Part shown: piece by piece, positions 20,068-31,795 of the stretch
How the letters are laid out: each line of letters begins with the position of its first letter
How positions within the stretch are numbered: the first letter of the stretch is position 1
DNA from: Caecitellus pseudoparvulus
Lineage: Eukaryota > Protista > Bigyra: Bicosoecida
Length of the DNA stretch: 64,000 nucleotides
Assembly: GCA_965644315.1 (NCBI GenBank)
Contig: CBFFRQ010000094.1
Span: 124,001-188,000 of the forward strand
Direction of reading: 5' to 3'
Notes under the pieces: generated by a model
Seen by the model: only the letters and a program-made list of their open reading frames with translations
What the model was told of the DNA's origin: nothing
Database searches by the model: none
Translations under genes and position numbers: made by a program

Positions 20068-23000
20068 ATGGCGGCCAGTGCCGATGGGCGCAGCGAGGAG
20101 CAGGGCATCGCAGTGGTTGCGCGCATCCGCCCCCTGGCGTCTGCTGAAGTGCAGGTGCGTGGGGCGCTGGCTGGCCGCTCGCCGCCCAGCCCGCCGTAAC
20201 GGCGGGAAGTCACTGCACACACTGCCGGGCGTACGCAGGCGGGGGAGCGCGTGGGCCTGGAGTGGGACAAGCGCAGCATCACGTGCTCGGACCGCGCCAA
20301 GACGCGCAAGGTGGACTTTGGTGCGCGCCCGGTTTACGGCGTGCGCGGCGCCGGCACGCGCGCACGGTGCACCATTCCCGCCCACAGACCACGTGTACGG
20401 GACTGACGCCACAAACACGGACATTTACACGCAGGCGGTGGCGCCTGTCGTGCAGAGGTGCCTGGAGGGGTACAACGGCACTGTCTTTGCGGTGCGTGGG
20501 GTGCGAAACGCAGCGCCAACGCAGCGACTGAGCACGCTGCCCTCCGCCCACAGTACGGCCAAACGGGCAGTGGCAAGACGTACACGATCTTGGGGCACGG
20601 TGACACGAAGCAAGGCGTGCTGCCTCTGGCCGTGCAGCACGTCTTTTCGCAGGTGCACGCCGAGGCGGCGGCACAGCGGGTGCGTGCGAAACGCAGTGCT
20701 ACCAACGTGGCACGCAGCACGCCGTGCACGCACCGACCCACCGCCCATGACCCGCGGCACTTTGGCACAGGATGCATTTTTCTCAGCGCTGTCCCATGCC
20801 GGCGACAGTGTCTCCCCTGCCACTGTCGCGGCAGGCGTGCCCCGCACCGAATTCCGCCTCAGCGTCAGCTACCTGGAGGTGTACCAAGAGGAGGTGCACG
20901 ACCTGCTGCAGACAGGGGCGCCACCGCCCATGCTGCCAAATGTCAGGCGGCAGGTGTTGCAGGCCATCAGCGAAGGGGTGGCGTCAGGCACGCCCTCCCC
21001 ACCCGGCAGTCGGTCTGTGTCGGTATCCAGCGCCAGCCAGGGGGGGGTCGGCGCGGGGGAGGGGGGTCGAGGGGGGTGAGGGGGTGGGTGGAGGCCCTGT
21101 CCCCCGCTGTGGCGCGAGCACTGGGCCTGGGGGAGGGGGGGGCGGGGGACCCCCCCTCCACCCCCCCTCGCCGCGGCACACCCCCCCCCGACCGCACCGC
21201 CACCGCCGCCTCCGCCCTCGCCACCGCCCTCCTGGGACTAGCCCCCGCTGTGGGCTGGAAGGCCTGCGAGACAGCTGACCTGGCGCTGGGGGGGCCGCCA
21301 CCCCCCCCCGTCGTGTCCAACGCTGCCTTGCGACGGGGGGCCAATGGGGTGGACAAATCGGGCCTCCTGCGGCAGAGGCTGTTCGTGCCGCCCCGTGTTC
21401 CGCCTTGGAGCACCGCTGCGCGGCGTGTGGTGGAGGCGGGGTACGCCGGCACAGTACCCGCCTGTGGCCGCAACCTGGCCATCTCCCACGACGACCCCGT
21501 GGCAGGTGCGGTGCTGCCTGACCTGTGGGCTGTCCCGGTGGTGTGTGTGGAGGATGCCATGGCGTTGGTGGCCCGGGGTGAGGGCAACCGGCACTACGGC
21601 TCGCATGCCCTGAACGTCGGCTCCTCACGCTCCCACACCCTGTTCCGCCTGCACGTGCACCGCAGCCAGTGGGAGCCGGCGGGGGCGGGGGGTGGACCCG
21701 GGCGCTGGAGCGCCACCTCCTCCCTCCTCAACATCGTGGACCTGGCTGGGTCGGAGCGGCAGAAGGAGACTCGGTCCGTCGGCGCACGCCTGAAGGAGGG
21801 CGCCTCCATCAACAAGTCTCTCACAGTGCTGGCTCGAGTCATCGCGGCACTGTCCCGGGCAGGCCGGCGCAAGGGTGGGGGGGGCGGCAGCGGGGCGGCA
21901 TCCCCCACCGCGGGAGGGGGTGGAGGAGGGGGGACACCGCCCCCTGGTCGCACCCGGGCCGCGTCGGATGCCGTGGGGGGGTGGGGGGATGACGCAGGGT
22001 CGGTGGCATCCACGGGGTCGGCGGGGTCCGGCTGGTCGGCGGGGTCCCCCCCCCGACGGGGCCGCCGTCGGGGCCTCAGCATGGGCAGCGCCCTGGGCCG
22101 CACCGGGTCCGCTGCGGGCCGCGGTGTGGGCCACGTGCCATACCGCGAGAGCAAGCTTACGCGCCTGTTGAAGCAGAGCCTGGGGGGCAACTCTCTCACC
22201 ACGGTGGTGTGCACGCTGACGCCAGGTGACTCCGCCATCGCCCACTCCCTGTCCACGTTGCACTTCGGCCAGGCCTGCCGCGCCGTCAAAAACGCCGTCC
22301 GCAAAAACGTCCTCAAACCGCCCTCCCCCGACCCCGCCGCTGCCCTGGCCGCAGCCCTGGATGCCGAGCGCGCCGCAGCCAGCGAAGCCTCAGCCCAGGC
22401 CGCCGCCGCTGTCACGTCGCTGGCCGCGGCACAGTCTGAGTCAGCAGCGCTGCGGGAAGCACTTGCCGCGGCGCGGGAAGAGGCGGCGGCGGCGGGGGCA
22501 GCGGCGGCCGCATCCCAGCGGGAGCTGGAGCAGCAGCGCGCTCAGGCGGACCAGGCCGCCACCGCCACGTCACGCCGGCTGGCGGAACAGACGGCAGTGC
22601 AGCTGCGTGAGGCATGGGCGGAGGTGGATGACACACGGGCGGCGCTGGGCACGGCACAGCGGCGGCTGGCGCAAGCGCAGGTGGCGCTGGGCGTGCGACA
22701 CTTGCTGGGGCGAGGGGGCGGCGCGGTGACTCACCAGGCAGTTTCGTTGCTGGGAGTCACTGCGGGGCCCACGGCGGTGTTGGAGGGGGGTGCAGGGGGG
22801 GGTCGGCAGGCGGCACCCCGTCTACCGCTGCTCCTGGGACAGGAGGTGGGGGCGGACCCCCCCTGCACCCCCCTGCCCCAGGATGAGGCTGCGGTGGCGG
22901 CACCCCCCCTCGACACCCCCTCCCTCACACTGCGTCGACGCCGTGCGAGTGTGGCGCTGGGGCAGGGGCTGGCGGACCGGCTGTTCCGTGTTCCGCCCAT

Positions 23001-25101
23001 GGACACCATGACCCCCGGTGGACGCCCCCCCTCACCCCCCCCTGTCGTGGCGGCGGTGTCCTCTCCCGGGGGTGACTCCCTGGCCTCCTTCGGACTCGGT
23101 GGCGGGGAAGACGACACCGAAGTGGTGAATGCGGGGGGTGGGGCAGGTGACACCGCCCCCCCTCTGGGCGGATCCCTGGCCCTGCCCCACCCCCAGGGCA
23201 TGGTGCTGGTGCCAGTGGGGTGTGTGACTCCCCAACGCACCACCCTGCTGCCCACCACCCCCACCACCGCCGCCATCCTCCACGCCGCTCAGCGGGCGGG
23301 GGGCCTGGAAACTGCCCTGCGAACCGTGTCCGCTGCCACCGCAGCCCGCCTGGCCGCCCTCACACACCGCGCTGAGACGGCGGAGGGCGCCGCTGCCGCA
23401 GCCCAGCGCCTGCAACGCACCACACAGACCGAGGCCGACGCCCTGGCGGCAGAGGTCGCGTCCCTGCGCACAGCACTGGCGCGAGCGGAGCACGAAGCTG
23501 CAGAGGCGAAGCAGCGAGCAGAGGAGGCGGAGGCCGCCTTGTCCGCTGGGCGGAACATGCTGGAACAGCAGCAGGAACACATGCGTGCTCGCGAAGCGAA
23601 AGTCGCGGCGGCAGAGGCGCGCAACGCAGCAGCGCAGGACGCAAACGCGAAACGCACCGCGGCGCTGACTGTGGCGTTTGCACTGGCACGACACGGCCTG
23701 CGACGCGGCGCGACCTTGAATCGTGCCGCTGCCTCGCAGCGCCAAGAGGCCGAAGCTGCGACTGCCGCTGCAGCGACGGCTGCGCAACGTCTGCGCGAAG
23801 CCGAGGCGGCAGCAGCTTCACGGACCGCAGCTGCCGCTGAGGCTGCTGCTGCTGCGGAGCGCGACTTGGCGCGGCGGGAAGAGGCCTTGGCGACAGAGGC
23901 GGCGGCAGTGCGGCGGCAGGCCATGGCGGCTGACAGTGTGGCGCGAGAGGCAGAGGCAGCTGCCGCCGCCGCCGCTGCCGCCAAGGCTGAGGCAGATCGA
24001 GCGGCGGAGGCGGCGGCAGAGGGGTGGCGGGCGCTGGCTGCGGAGCAGGCGGAACATGCGGAGAAAGTGCGGGGATTTGCCGCGCGGGCCGCGGGGGTGG
24101 AACAGCGCGAGGCGTTGCTGGAGGCGGCCGAGGCGGCCGTGCGTAATACGGCGGCGGAGGTCGTGCAGGCGGGCGCGGCACCCCCCCTGCCCCCCCCCTC
24201 CTCCACGCAGTCCACCCACGCCCCCCCCCTCCAGGACACCAAGCCAGCCACACAGGCGGTGACACGTGGCGAGGTGGGCGGCACGCTCACCCCAGCTCAG
24301 TGCGCTGCCTGGGCAGCTCGCCTGGCAAGTCGCAGTGCGACCCTGGACGCTCGGGAGAGCGAGCTCGCCGATCACGCCGCCTGGCTAGCCCGGAGTCTCG
24401 CCGAGACACGGCGCGCCACAAGTGCCGCCACACTGGCGGTGCTGAGTGGGGGGGTGAAGGGCGAGGGGGGGCGGGGTCCCCCCCCCACTGCGCCGTACAC
24501 CGCCCCCCCCACCTCCTCCGGGGTGGGGTCCGGCACCGCCACGCCAGAGGTGTACATGCGCGTGCAGCCTGCACCAGTGCGGGCCGCTGACGTCACGCGT
24601 GCCCTGCTGGATGGGGTGGGGGGGGGTGAAGGGGGTGCCAGGCGCCTGCCCACCAGTGTGGCAGTGGCCCAAGGAGGCGGAGGCGGAGGGGGGGTCAGTG
24701 CCCAGCGGGAGGGGGCGTCTGGCGGAGGTGATGGCGCGTTGGACACGCATGGTGTGGCTTCGGGGGGGAGTGCGGGGTCCACCCCGATCGAGGGGGTGTC
24801 CAGGGGGGGTACCGCCCCTGCAGCGGACACGGCCCCCCCGGACACCGTGGTGCCACCAGTGGCGCCACAGGTCCCCACCAGCATGCACTGCACACGACGG
24901 GCGCGCAGTGTGCCGGTGCGGCAGCTGGTGACTCCTGCACAACGCAGCACGGAGGCGAGTCACTCCCGCGTCACGAAGGAGTCCTTTGCCTGGCAAGACC
25001 TGTCCAGCGTGCCCAGCGTGGGGGGTGGCGGGCCAGATGTGGCCGTGGTCAGCGTTAGCCTGAGTCTGGACGACAGTTCAGATGCAGAGGGGGAGGTGTG
25101 A
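20068..25101 (+). CDS. kinesin motor protein (kinesin-7/CENP-E-like) with coiled-coil tail; at least 4 introns and an apparent frameshift at about 21050
   Basis: VVARIRP, EGYNGTVFA|YGQTGSGKT (P-loop), SYLEVYQEEVHDLL, SSRSH, VDLAGSE, INKSL, HVPYRESKLTRLLKQSLGGNS, followed by an Ala/Glu coiled coil. Confidence 0.92.
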
Positions 25102-25252
25102 CCCCCCCCCCGCCCCCTTCAAAACTGCCACTCTGCCAGCACGTGCCACATGTCACTTGCATTGCAATCCACACCACCCACACGCACAACGACATTGCTC
25201 AACACCCGCTTGCACCAGGCGAGCAAAGGGTCTGTCCCCCCCCGCACCCCCC

Positions 25253-28200
25253 TCACAGCCCCCTCACCCGCAAACCGCGGGATCGCCCTCGCGGCACGGC
25301 GTCCAGACCACCCCTCACCCGCCGAGGATGCCGTGGAGTCAGCCGGCCGTGGGACGGGGCGCGCCCTGGTCGTGAGGAGGAGGAGTCACTGTCCACCGGG
25401 TCAAGCCGTGTTGAAGTTGAAGTTGAAGTTGGGGCGCACGTGTGCTGGCTGGGCCCACTGCCCAGCTGACCTGCAGCCGCCCTGGGCAGAGTGCTGTGCC
25501 CAGCGGCTGACAGCACTGCTTCGGGGTGGGCGGCCGCAGCGGCAAGTACTTGCGCCAAGGCATCCGCTGCGGCAGGTTCAACGTGTGGAGTGCTCGCGGC
25601 TGGCCCCGACTCCGGGGAGGCAGTAGAAGTGGCGGCAGGCGGCGCTGGTTCCATAGTCGTGCGGGGGGGGTGTTGGCGGGGACGGGAGCGAGCCCTGTGC
25701 AGGGAGGTGTAGGTGGACGGGGCGCCGTGGAACCCCCCTCCCACACGCACGACGGGGGGTCGGACCAGGGGGGGTGTCCCGCCGGGGCCACCCCCCTCCA
25801 CCTGCCAGTGCGGGGGGCCCTCACCGCACCGCCCCGCCCCATTCACAGCGCGCCAGTACGCACGCCCACCCCGCACTTTCTGCACTTCCTCAGAAGGGCG
25901 TTTCGCAACTTGTTCCGTGAGAAACGCCGCAGGGGCCGCGTTCCGCTGCCCCTGCGTTGCGAAGCGGCAGCTGCCGGACGCCGCCGCCGTCAACGAATCT
26001 GTGGTGGGCCGCACAACCCTGCGCAACACAAGGCCCGTGGGGTCTGTTTCGCCGGCACGGGGGGGTGCCTGGTACTTGTTGTGGGAGGTGGGGTGCAGGA
26101 GGGGGGTGTGGCACCCCCCCTCGCTCAGCACACAGCTGCGCTCACCGCCCAAACTCATGGCAAGGCCGCCGTCAGCCCGAAGGCCAGGCGAGTCCCCAGC
26201 ACGTGAGCGAGTCACCGCGTCCATGGCAAGTGGTGGCGCAATTCTGCGGGAGGTGGGCCCACCCCCTTGCGGGCTGCGCAGGGCGCGTTGCACTTGGACT
26301 GCTTGTCGGGTTGGCGTGCGGCGGCGGGGGGAGGTGACTCCTGGAGTGCTGCCTGTCGGGTCATGGCCGGCACCTTCCCCACTCGGAACACCACCTTCCT
26401 GCTGTTCTGTGAAGCGCACTGTTCCGCCTTCCTCTGCCTCGGCTCCCTTGTCCACCAGGTCGCTGGGGGGGGCGGCCGAGTCACCGCCAGCGGCTCGGCG
26501 AGGCAGCGTGCAACGCAGCGTGCCTGGCTCTGGCACAGCGAGGTCGGAACACCGCAGGCTAGCTGCGAACACGGCATGCGCATCTGCAGCTGTTCTGCCC
26601 GAGTACCCCTCTGGAAAGTGCACGCCGTTCACGGTGCCACCTTCACACAGAACACGCGTGGAGGCGCGGTGTTCCGACAACGCAGCACGCGGAGAGGCCA
26701 GTGACACACGCACAACGGGGGTGGCTGGCACCCGCCCCGGGCCGCCCCCATGTCCCCCCCCCCCTACACGCGCAAACCGGTCCGCTGCTACAGTCACCGA
26801 CGCATCAAGCGCGCTCGTGTCAGAATCAGACCCTTCCCCGCTGACACCACAGGGCGCCACGCACGGCACCGCCACGACAGCCGGCGAGGGCCCAGCACTC
26901 AGTTCTGCGGGCGGTGCCACGAGAGGGGGTGGTGTTCCGGCATCAGACGCCTCAGACGCGACGCTGCCTGCGACGGGGCTGCTGACACCAGGTGCGGCTG
27001 CGGAGAATTTGTGGGTGGGCGGCGGAGAATATCCACGGTGCACTTCGACCTGCGTCTCGGACACCACGCCGCCCTCCCCATCAGGCTTGGGCAGGTCCCC
27101 AGGGTCGCCCCAGCCCCCCTCGCCGGCCCCGGGGGCGCCAAACGTGCCGTCGCCAGACGGAGTCACTTCAGACAGCCGCTGCCGCAGAACAGCACGAGTC
27201 ACCCCGCCCCCCTCATCCACCCCGATACGGGCAGAAGAAAAGTGGTGCACTGCCTGCATCGCGCCCAGCACCTCCCCCGCCTCCAGGCGTCGGAGGGTGT
27301 CACGCACGCCAGCGGCCACTGCAAATTCCGCAGGGTCCACCGGCCCCCCCTCACCCCACCCGCCGTGGGCATGCCCCTGCAGGACGGCGTGTTGCAGGGC
27401 TGTGGAGGTGGTCTGCAACCCACGCATGTGACGTTCCAAGCGGCGACGGTAGGCGGGGTCGACCTCGGCGCGGTGTAGGTCGCGCACGCCGAGCGTGCCT
27501 GGACTGTACGCCGCAGACACCGGCGAACCCCCTGGCGCTGACCCCCCCCGCAGGGACGTGGCACCCCCCTTGTACCGCGTGCGACCAGTCCTTGATGTGC
27601 TGGTGATGTGCGGGGACCCTGATGCGGGACTGATGATGGTGCCGGGGCTGAGGGCGGACGCCGTGTGAGTGGCGGCGTGAGCGGCAGCAGCAGCACGGGC
27701 TGCAGCTCGCAGTGCCTGAGGGGGTGACGAGGGGGGCACGTGCCGAGTCAGCGTCGCTCGCAGCCCACCCCCCGCCGCAGCGGTGCTGGGTGACAGAGAC
27801 CGCAGCACTGCGTCCACTTGAGTCACGGGGGGGGTGCTCGATTCACTGCCTGGGCCGTCACGCCCTGCCTCGTAGTCCCCCGCCCCCGCCCCTGCCAGTG
27901 CTGGGGACGCCACGTCACTGGTGTAAAAGGCAGTGGGCTGGACGAGGGCGGACCCCCCCTCACCCCCCCTGGCCATGTACTCCAGCGTGGCCTGGTGCCG
28001 GAACAGCGCAGCGGCAGCACGCGGTGCAGGCGTCGCGAAGGGGGACGCCACCCCCCCTCCCTCCTGCCGGGGGGTGCTGGGGATGCTCGTGACTGTGGCA
28101 GTGCTGGGGCTGGGGTGACGGCCGCTGGCGCGTAATACGGCGTGTGCCGCCGCCGTTCCTGCCGCCCACGCATCCTGCACCTGCCGCGCACTGGGGCTGG

Positions 28201-31200
28201 CGGTGGCCGGCCCCGGCGTGTTCCATGTTCCGTGTTCCGCGTGCGGCCACTTGACGCTGCGACCTCCTCCATCCCGCCCACTGCGCGGCGTCGCGGCCGC
28301 CACCTGCCCCGCCCACGAGTCAGGCGAGGGGGACGATGAGTCACTGCTGGGGTCGGGGTCGGCACTGCCGTCGCCGCCGCCCGCTTCCGCTGCAGGCGCG
28401 GACTGGGCCGACCCCTCACCCCGCCGGCGGCGAGTCGCCTGCAGGGCTGCATGGCTCAGCTCCTCCTCGTTGCTGTCGGGGGAGGAGGGTCGGTGGGGTC
28501 GGCGCCTGCGACCTGCCGATGCGACCTCCATGCCGTGCACCCCTGGCTCCGCCTTCTGCGCCTCCAACACGGCGTGGATGAGGTCGGGGAGGGGGATGCG
28601 GGTAGTGGGGGCGGCATCCCCCCCCTCACCCGCCCCGCTCCTCAGTTCATGGTACAGCCGATTCCGCTGCGAAACTGACACATCCAGCTGGTCCAGCGCG
28701 ATGCCCGCTCGGCGTAGGCGGTTCAGGAGGTTGGCGGCGGGGGTGGCGCCACGCCTCCGCACACTGGCCCCACTCCCCGCAGCGTACAGTGCCTCCAAGG
28801 CCGCCCGGTCCACCAGCACGGTGGGGGCGCCGGGTGTGTGTGTGCGGATGGCAGTGACGGCGCCGACCCCCCCTGCCGCGGGCGTGAGGGGGGGCTCACC
28901 CTCCCCTGGAGGGGGTGTTGGCGGCGGCATGCCCACCACGCTACTTGGCGTTCCCCCCACAGCCAGGTGCAGTGGTGGGCTTTCAGGCGTGGACGGCGCA
29001 GTGCTGCCGTGCGGCGTGCTGGCGACGGGGCTTGCTGCCTTCGCCTTGCTGCGTTTCGCTGTCTTGCTGCGTTTCGACTTCCGCAAGCGGCGCCCCGCTG
29101 CCAAGGCTGCTCGGGAGTCCTTCGATTGGCCCTTCGTGGAGCGCCGCCTCGGCAACGCAGTAGGCTCCTGCTGCGTTTCAGCTTGGTCGGGTGGCGACTT
29201 GGAGCGCGCCTCTGCACTTGGCACGGCCTGCAGCATGGCTGGAGCGCGTTGCTCGGACATGCCTGGTTGAAGTGTCTCGTGTTCAATCACGCTGTGACCT
29301 TCTGATTCGCGTTCGTGCATGCCGTGTTCTTGCATGCCTTGCCTTTGCGTGTGTTCTTGCTGCTCAGGCACCCCACCCATGTCCCGTTCTTTGATATGAA
29401 CGCTGGGCGGTGTGGGCTGGCAATCTGCAGGTGCAGGGCTGCCCCCCTCCTGGCGCGCCGCGCCACCCTGCGGAATTTGGGGCCGCACCTGCGGAGACAA
29501 AGCCAGACGAGCCGCTGCGGAGGGGGATGCACCGCCCAAGGCCTCGCCTGGCGGCAGCTGGGGGGGCGAGGCAGCCACCAATGCCGCCGCCGCCGCCTCC
29601 ACGCCTGCCCGCCCAGCGCGGAACACAGGACGCAGATCCACACGCACCTCCCCCCGGTGGTGCGAAGCAGACCTGGGGGTCGGCTTGGTGTCGCTGTGCC
29701 GGTCGCTGCGACGGCGCAGAACGGACACAGTGCGCGGGGCACTCACAGCCCTGCGACGAGCAGGGGGGCGGGCGTTTCTGACAGGCGTGTTCTGTTCTGC
29801 ACCCGGAACAGGACCTTGCCCCCTCTGGGCTGTGAGTTTTTGAGTGTGGCGCAGGAGGTCCAGCGACCGCTGGTGCCAGTGGGCGAGGTCGGTGGGCGAC
29901 GGAGCTTTGTGCATGCGACCAAGCACCGAGCGAGTGTGGGTGTCTGGTTCAGGGGCAGGAGGCGGTGGCAGCAGGCCTGCGCCTGACCACACACGTGCTG
30001 TGGGTGGCTGCGACACGTACAAGTCCAGAGGGGGGTGTGCAGGTGGGGGCGGTGGGGGTTCTGCGTGCGACCTGCCGTGTGCGAGCCCCGCCCCACCAGC
30101 CACGCGCCGCAACTCCGCACGTGACGCGGCAATCGGCGACCCAGCCTGAGGGGGAGGGGACCGGGCGCGTTCAGTTTGAGCCGCGTAATACGCCCGGTCC
30201 AGCTGCACCTGCCCATGGGCCGGCAGTGGTGGCGAGCCCACCAGCCGCGCAGGCTGTGCTGCATGTGTCACAGCGAGCCACCGCGACCAGCCCCGTCGCA
30301 GAGCCGCGCGTCGCAGCGCCCGCGACACGTGCAGCACCAGCAACACCACCAATGTGTACAATTCAGCTGGTTTGTGAAACTGCAGTGCCTGGGCGGGGGG
30401 CCTGCCGCTCTCAGGCACCTGGTGCAGGGCAGGTGCCGTCGAATGCTCCGACCGTGCAGCCCGCACTGGAGACAGGGCAGCGGCGACGGCGCCTCGTGTC
30501 GCAGGCGTCGACCCCCGTGCCGCTTCGCCACTGTTCGTGAGATGGGCAGCTTGCACCCCCCCTTGCACGGTGGGAGCAGGGGTGTGCAGGGGGGCACGAC
30601 GAGAGCCAGGCGACGCGGCCACACTTCCGCCCAAGTACCGGTGCACTTGCTCCGTCGATCGCAGCGAGAACCGCAGTGCAGGCGCGGTGGGGGAGGCTGC
30701 AGTGCTGTGCAGAACTTGCGTTTCCATGCCGGGGATGTGGTCTGGTGGCGGTGACGAGGAGCGAGGCGAACCAGACACAGACGAGGAGTCCGAGGTGCCA
30801 TGTTGCACTTGCCACTGCTCGCTGCCACTACCCTCGCTGCTACTGCCGTCGCTGCTACTGCCGTCGCTGTGGCTGGCGGCACTGCTGGACAAGCTTTCTG
30901 AAGCATTGTCGCCACTGCTGTCGCCACTGCTGTCGCCACTGCTATCGCTGGGCGCGCGGGCTGGGGAGTGACGTCGCTGTGCCGGGGCGCTGTGGCCAGT
31001 TGGTTCTGGGGAGCGCGTGGCACCCGCAGCCCGAACAGCAGCACGAACACCACCGGGAGCCACATACGTGCCTGCCCCATCTGGCATCGCTTGCAGGCCT
31101 GTGGCGCCCCGATTCAGCTCCTCTGCCACCAAGGGTCGACCCAGGTCGGGGGGTCTGGCTGGGCTCCGCGGGCGGTGTCGGTGCGAATCGGGAACCCCCC

Positions 31201-31795
31201 CTGGCGACCGGCTGTACAGGCCCAGGCGCGTGGCACGGGAACTGGTAAAGGTGGGAATGGCAGGTTCGCCGGTGGTGGCAGCCTGTTGCACGGGCTGCAG
31301 GTCCTGGGGTCGTGGGCGGCCAGGCGAGGTGCGGGAATTGGCGTGTCGCAGAGCGACCGACACGGCACTGCGATAGGCACCCTGGCCGCCGGCACGTTCG
31401 CTCCCGCCCCCCGAACGCCGGGAAACAGAGGATGTATGTGATGCAAAGTACTGCTGCCCTGCAGAGCGCAGGGATTCCATCACGCCCCCGCGCACGTTCG
31501 CCCTGCGTGCGTGGTCCCGGTCTGGCCTGCCGACCGTTACCGCCGTGCGCACGCCGCCACGCCTGGGCGGCGGCACGTCGTCGCCGGAACTGTCATCTTC
31601 CGCCAGGCTGCGTGTGGCCTGCTGCAGGGCCCGGCGGTACAGCGCGCTGTCTTGGTCTGGGCCGTGCGGCATGAACTGCCGCCGGCGACTGGCCATGGCG
31701 GGGCGAATGAGCCAAGAGGGCAGCGGCAGCGGCGCAGGAGGATCACTACTGATGCACAGGGCAAATCGCTCCTGGTTGCCCTGGGTGAAGGGCAT
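25253..31795 (-). CDS. very large intrinsically disordered protein of unknown function
   Basis: 2180-aa uninterrupted ORF, Ser/Pro/Ala/Gly/Arg-rich with many SP/TP sites, one hydrophobic-basic helix (LYTLVVLLVLHVSRALRRAALRRGWSRW) and a basic NLS-like stretch (RRLRKSKRSKTAKRSK). Confidence 0.6.
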   Translation of the reverse strand: MPFTQGNQERFALCISSDPPAPLPLPSWLIRPAMASRRRQFMPHGPDQDSALYRRALQQATRSLAEDDSSGDDVPPPRRGGVRTAVTVGRPDRDHARRANVRGGVMESLRSAGQQYFASHTSSVSRRSGGGSERAGGQGAYRSAVSVALRHANSRTSPGRPRPQDLQPVQQAATTGEPAIPTFTSSRATRLGLYSRSPGGVPDSHRHRPRSPARPPDLGRPLVAEELNRGATGLQAMPDGAGTYVAPGGVRAAVRAAGATRSPEPTGHSAPAQRRHSPARAPSDSSGDSSGDSSGDNASESLSSSAASHSDGSSSDGSSSEGSGSEQWQVQHGTSDSSSVSGSPRSSSPPPDHIPGMETQVLHSTAASPTAPALRFSLRSTEQVHRYLGGSVAASPGSRRAPLHTPAPTVQGGVQAAHLTNSGEAARGSTPATRGAVAAALSPVRAARSEHSTAPALHQVPESGRPPAQALQFHKPAELYTLVVLLVLHVSRALRRAALRRGWSRWLAVTHAAQPARLVGSPPLPAHGQVQLDRAYYAAQTERARSPPPQAGSPIAASRAELRRVAGGAGLAHGRSHAEPPPPPPAHPPLDLYVSQPPTARVWSGAGLLPPPPAPEPDTHTRSVLGRMHKAPSPTDLAHWHQRSLDLLRHTQKLTAQRGQGPVPGAEQNTPVRNARPPARRRAVSAPRTVSVLRRRSDRHSDTKPTPRSASHHRGEVRVDLRPVFRAGRAGVEAAAAALVAASPPQLPPGEALGGASPSAAARLALSPQVRPQIPQGGAARQEGGSPAPADCQPTPPSVHIKERDMGGVPEQQEHTQRQGMQEHGMHERESEGHSVIEHETLQPGMSEQRAPAMLQAVPSAEARSKSPPDQAETQQEPTALPRRRSTKGQSKDSRAALAAGRRLRKSKRSKTAKRSKAKAASPVASTPHGSTAPSTPESPPLHLAVGGTPSSVVGMPPPTPPPGEGEPPLTPAAGGVGAVTAIRTHTPGAPTVLVDRAALEALYAAGSGASVRRRGATPAANLLNRLRRAGIALDQLDVSVSQRNRLYHELRSGAGEGGDAAPTTRIPLPDLIHAVLEAQKAEPGVHGMEVASAGRRRRPHRPSSPDSNEEELSHAALQATRRRRGEGSAQSAPAAEAGGGDGSADPDPSSDSSSPSPDSWAGQVAAATPRSGRDGGGRSVKWPHAEHGTWNTPGPATASPSARQVQDAWAAGTAAAHAVLRASGRHPSPSTATVTSIPSTPRQEGGGVASPFATPAPRAAAALFRHQATLEYMARGGEGGSALVQPTAFYTSDVASPALAGAGAGDYEAGRDGPGSESSTPPVTQVDAVLRSLSPSTAAAGGGLRATLTRHVPPSSPPQALRAAARAAAAAHAATHTASALSPGTIISPASGSPHITSTSRTGRTRYKGGATSLRGGSAPGGSPVSAAYSPGTLGVRDLHRAEVDPAYRRRLERHMRGLQTTSTALQHAVLQGHAHGGWGEGGPVDPAEFAVAAGVRDTLRRLEAGEVLGAMQAVHHFSSARIGVDEGGGVTRAVLRQRLSEVTPSGDGTFGAPGAGEGGWGDPGDLPKPDGEGGVVSETQVEVHRGYSPPPTHKFSAAAPGVSSPVAGSVASEASDAGTPPPLVAPPAELSAGPSPAVVAVPCVAPCGVSGEGSDSDTSALDASVTVAADRFARVGGGGHGGGPGRVPATPVVRVSLASPRAALSEHRASTRVLCEGGTVNGVHFPEGYSGRTAADAHAVFAASLRCSDLAVPEPGTLRCTLPRRAAGGDSAAPPSDLVDKGAEAEEGGTVRFTEQQEGGVPSGEGAGHDPTGSTPGVTSPRRRTPTRQAVQVQRALRSPQGGGPTSRRIAPPLAMDAVTRSRAGDSPGLRADGGLAMSLGGERSCVLSEGGCHTPLLHPTSHNKYQAPPRAGETDPTGLVLRRVVRPTTDSLTAAASGSCRFATQGQRNAAPAAFLTEQVAKRPSEEVQKVRGGRAYWRAVNGAGRCGEGPPHWQVEGGGPGGTPPLVRPPVVRVGGGFHGAPSTYTSLHRARSRPRQHPPRTTMEPAPPAATSTASPESGPAASTPHVEPAAADALAQVLAAAAAHPEAVLSAAGHSTLPRAAAGQLGSGPSQHTCAPTSTSTSTRLDPVDSDSSSSRPGRAPSHGRLTPRHPRRVRGGLDAVPRGRSRGLRVRGL

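Noticed and set aside
21050-21080. Programmed ribosomal frameshift in the kinesin
   Set aside because: No canonical slippery heptamer; a one-base homopolymer error explains it more simply.
30830-30950. Short tandem repeats (CTGCTGTCGCCA-like)
   Set aside because: They simply encode SSGD/SSSDG low-complexity repeats in the 2180-aa protein.
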